A stretch of 63,423 bases of DNA, the filler included, from Folioceros fuciformis (lineage: Eukaryota): NCBI GenBank assembly GCA_049999805.1. It is 3 parts of 2 records of this genome, joined end to end, with 100 filler letters (N's around TTAATTAATTAA, not from the genome) between each part and the next. Parts side by side here need not be neighbours in the genome. Positions count along the whole stretch, not along the records: positions 43,215 to 63,423 come from JBNGIO010006135.1; 2 more parts are not named here. One strand, given 5' to 3'. Numbering within the stretch: position 1 is the stretch's first letter; every line of letters starts with the position of its first letter. This document shows positions 59,430-63,423 of this stretch, in pieces. Position numbers and translations under genes: made by a program. Under the pieces are notes generated by a model. That model did not search any database and was not told the origin of the DNA. It saw only the letters and a program-made list of their open reading frames with translations.

Positions 59430-61099
59430 GCCCGGAGCAGGGTGAAAGGAAAAGGCAAGGCCAGATGAAGTAGCCGAGTTGCGGCGGAGGTAGCTGAAGA
59501 GGCTACCGATCGAAGAGAGACCATGCCAATAGAGGAGAGCCCAACCAAGGTAGAGGAGGGCAACAACCGTCGAGGAACCCGTAATCCGTAGGGCTGGGAT
59601 GGCAACCCACACCAGGAGGACGGAGCAGGGTGGAGCAGTAGCTGGGGGGATGGAAGATCTTCTACTGCCATTGGAAAGCAGAAGGCAAGCAGTTCGGGAT
59701 AGCCCACGGGAGGAGGGGGTAAGCACCTCATCCGCAACAGAGGATTAGATTGTATTGCAGTATCCAAATGAGGCCACTTATGTTCCTCGCCTTTATGTGG
59801 ATGGAGACCATGTGCTAAACTTAACTGTCTATGTGCATGTGGAACTAGGAGGGACGAGGGCCAACTGCTTGCAACTAAGGACTCGCAGGGGGTCCTTCTT
59901 CCACTGTTGTCGAGTGTGGGGGCTGCCTCCCTACTTTTCACAGGCAGTCCTGGAAGAGTTGACGGAGGAGGAGGCACGGGCATGGGTTGAGCGGAGCCTG
60001 TGTTGATCCTCAGCAACCGGCAACGGGAGGAGAGAAGGAGTCCCCCTCGACGGGACCCACCCACGCCACCACTGGAAAGGTCAAGCAGCAGCGGCAAGGT
60101 GGAAATAATCCAAAGTGTATAAGAGGCATGTTGGTGCCTAACTCAGTAGCAAGAAATCAACGTTCCAAACTCGAGGAAGCTTGGCGAGGCCGTTGCCGGA
60201 CAGGGAGATCTGGGCAAGTGAGTGCGTGCAGTGTTCCTAGGTGGTGGTGTGCGAGGTTTCTTTGCTTTGCGACGGGTGGTTCGGGGGACAAATCAGGAGG
60301 AGGCTCCTCACTGAGTGGAAGGCAAACGTCCCTGCTATTCCTGGTACTTCGTATTGTGTGTCGCAGTAGGAGCGATGGGGGATGAATCCGCCGATTGCGG
60401 AGTGGAATTGGGCACTTGCTTCCCTTATTCCCTGGCTTTCCATCTGCTCTTCAAATAGCGGGTGAAAAGTGAGTTAAGGTGAAGGTGGGCTGCGTGTTGG
60501 AGTCGGAGGAGAGAGACAAATCCGCTGATCGCGGAGTGGAGGGAGATTCCATCCCTCCCTTATTTCCCAACTGTTGGTTGTGACCCGGTCCTAGCATTGG
60601 AGTGAGTAAGTGTTCGAGTGAAACTAGTTGAGAAGGAGAAGCGAGTGAGTGAGTGTGTGAGCTGAGAGGTGAAGGTGAGAGATCGCGGTGTTTGCAGGGA
60701 GGGAGGCAAATTCGCCGACTGCGGAGAGGAAGGAGTGTCTCTCCTTCCCTTACTTCCCGAACTGTTGACCGTGAATGAGTGTGCTGTGAATGTTGAGTAT
60801 CTGAGAGAATGTTGAGGTGGTGACGAAGTTATTGAGAAATCGCTGAAGGAACTTTGAAGTGTGGGAAATATTGTCCCAAGTCTATGGTATGAGAGACTGT
60901 TGGAAGGTTGCTTGGGGGTCATGGATGTTGTTAAGGACAAGTGTGGGCTGTGAGGAGTGACTGTATGTTAGAATCGGCATGTGTGGAAGTGCTGTGTGGG
61001 TGTAAGGTGTGTACGCTCATGGAGTCAGACTGTCTAAGTATGTAACTGTGGGGTGTTAAGTAACTTCAACGCGCTACCCTGGGAAATCGGGCAAAAACC

Positions 61100-63423
61100 C
61101 CCGAGTAGAAACCCGCGGTGATACCAGGAACAACATGTGTTAGTCAGGACGTTGGGGTGGGACCCACCACGGTAGCGGAACCCGCTGCCAGTTGTGGAGA
61201 CCCCTACCGGTCGTAGAGGAGCCAGTAGTTGTAGAGGCCCCTACCTCGGTGGTGGGGTGAGGGTTGAAGCCGCGGAGTTGAGTCTGTGGTAGCTAGGCCA
61301 CCTGAGGGGTAGTGGACCCTGTAGGTAGTGGAACTAGGGTAGGTAAGACCTGACCTAGGTAAGAGTCGATTTTAGAAGAAACCTGTGTTACTTGGCACAA
61401 ATCATTCCCTTGGGATTGAATCCCACGGCTACAACGACATAGAGAGTTTGTGTGGACCTCGCAGTACCCTCGGGTACAACATTTTCCTCCACATTTTGGC
61501 GCCGTTGCCGGGGAATGTATTGCTTTTAAGAACATAGGTAGGAGTGACTAACACTTGAATAGAGAGTCTAGGTAGTGATAGGTTGATGGATGCCTTGAGT
61601 GAAGACCAGCGACTCTGAACCTGATCCTGCAGAACCACTGTTGGTAAGACGGCAACATCAGGCGGCGGAGAGATTGCAGAGAGTCGCAAGGAGATCGCAG
61701 CAAGAGAACATGCTTGCTGAACGGGAGAGAGGGACAAGGGATTAGCGCATAGCTGAAGGCCAGACTTCGTCTGAGTTAGATCTACAACCCTCGGGTTGGG
61801 AGGAGGTATCTGGGCCCAAGTACCCCGATCCAAGCCCGCTGGTTGATCTCCATTCCAGGTTGCCTTGCTCAACTTCAGTCCAGACAAACTTCGTAGGAGT
61901 AGAGGTCAGTTCAGGCGTGGTAGTTGCATCTGCTACTACAGTCGTTGCAAACACTACTACGGTAGCTATGACTACTACTCTAGTAGCTGTGACTACTAAG
62001 CAATCCTACCCGCTGTATGGGGAAAAGAAAGGATATCAGGACCCTGATGACTTTGTTGAGCGTTTTGAGCAATTAACGATTGCCAACCAGGAGGCAGGGG
62101 ACGCGCAACATGTTCAGCTGTTCTATCGAGTCTTGCGGGGAGTTGCAGCCAAGTAGTACAAGCAAGAGTACCTCAAGTCATCTACTCCACCAACCACCTT
62201 TGACTCGCTCAAGATAGCTTTCTGTGAAAGGTTCCGAGGGGTGGATGTAGAAGGTTATGTTCTGTCCAAACTTGAGAGGCTGCGGCAGAGGCAGAAGGAA
62301 ACGCTGCAAGCTTATGTGGAGCGGTTCCGCAGCTTGCAAGACCGAGCCGGCCCCATTCAGAACTTATGGCTATACCTTGGTTTGTAAGAGGCCTGGGCAC
62401 GGCGATGGGGAAGCATGTGCGCTTGTAGGTAGAAAAGGATTTGGAGCGAGCAATACGGGCCGTGCTAAACTATGAGTCCAACGTGGAAGCGAGGAAGAAA
62501 TCGCGAAAAGAGGAAAGGAGAAATTGCAAGGGGAAGAAGGACCACATGAGGAAGAAAAAAAATATATTCCTCGTCCGCAGAGGATGATTCAACGGAGGAG
62601 GAGAACTCCTCTAGGGATTTCTCAGACAGCTCGTTAGCGGAGGATCTGCCCAGCTCTGAAGAGGATTCGTCCGGCGGTGAACAGAGTCGGAAGAAAAAAA
62701 AGAAGTTGCCGAAGTCTGGGTTGGAACGAAAGCGCCATCCCAAACGCAAGGAGCTGGTGAAGCAGGAGGTTGTGAGCACAAGAAGGGACGCTGAACAAGC
62801 AAGGAAGGAGGTGGAGTTGGCAACCAAGAAGGCGAAACAACATGGAAACAAGATGGAAGAAATAGTGGCCAAGTTGGAGAAACTCCACATCAATGTGGTG
62901 AAGGATCATGAGAGGCGGAGAGTCGCGACAGGAGGCAGAGAAAATCTCTACTGCTCAACTTGTGGACAACAAGGACACTCGAGAGCGAGTTGTCCACAAG
63001 TGAAGGTGCAATTGATGGACTACGAGGAAGGAGAGGAAGAAATGTACCTGGAAGACATCTACCAGATCAAAGAAGCAACGCTGATGTCGGGATACCTAAA
63101 GACCTCGTACCCTCCAAATTTACGAAACACTACGACCATGGGAATGCGAAACCAGGCGGCCAGGGGCTCTGGACAGTTAACTACCATCTAGTGCAACAAC
63201 TGCCAGGGAATCGGCCACTTTGCAAGCAGTTGTCCTTCAGCGACGCGACAAGGGAATGGTGATTATGAGAGGTTGTGCATGGACTGCAAGCAGACGGGGC
63301 ATGTCACTGGAAGTGTTCTCTGCTCTGCGCCAAAGAAGGATGTGAGGATTGCTCAGACTCCGGTGACGGTAATCCAATCATTTGGGGCAAATGCAGCATC
63401 TGCGGTGCAGGTGGAGGACGCGC
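61100..63423 (+). mobile_element. Gypsy-type element G (Athila-like PBS): 5' LTR, PBS and decayed gag; runs off the window end
   Basis: The LTR ends CCTCCACA at 61493. The PBS TGGCGCCGTTGCCGGGGA (tRNA-Asp type) is at 61497-61514. A gag-like DPDDFVERFE...LRGVAAK*Y is followed by the knuckles CSTCGQQGHSRASC and CNNCQGIGHFASSC. Confidence 0.88.

Larger units (their letters stand above)
55860..60070 (+). pseudogene. Second copy of the C-terminal half of the Gypsy extra ORF, split by Copia F
   Basis: 55860-56150 matches ~53390-53707, and 59430-60070 matches ~53703-54350 (LQLRT.RGSFFHCCRVWGLP). Confidence 0.8.

Noticed and set aside
1-63423. tRNA, rRNA, conserved miRNA, C/D snoRNA and CRISPR arrays
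   Set aside because: None was recognised by eye. tRNA-like sequence is limited to retrotransposon primer-binding sites. A covariance-model scan would be needed to exclude small RNAs.

Overview
Eukaryotic nuclear DNA from a land plant. Compact GC-rich genes with ~80-150 bp GT-AG introns suggest a non-seed plant, possibly a hornwort or lycophyte (inference only). It is a draft assembly with N gaps, two of which contain an artificial TTAATTAATTAA linker. There are three zones. (1) 1-10.5 kb: three decayed, partly nested Ty1/Copia LTR retrotransposons. (2) 11-43 kb: a gene island with cyclophilin PPIL1, an At5g48340-like conserved unknown protein, ENT1, a short spliced BED-finger gene derived from a hAT transposase, REIL, a decayed LINE, a SAM-methyltransferase-like gene, TET10, an MCTP, a sphingosine kinase, a PPR pseudogene, a secreted Gly/His-rich protein and exon 1 of TON2/FASS. 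(3) 43-63 kb: a nest of Copia and Athila-like Gypsy elements. The most unusual signal is a Copia family with accessory ORFs. The near-complete element at 43.2-50.1 kb has an intact 243-aa ORF between the PBS and gag. It also has an antisense ORF between pol and the 3' LTR, with an AT-hook, an RxxxGQF motif and a Cys-rich segment. Another Copia element at 3.0-6.7 kb carries an antisense ORF in the same position. Protein names come from my recall of family motifs, not from database searches.
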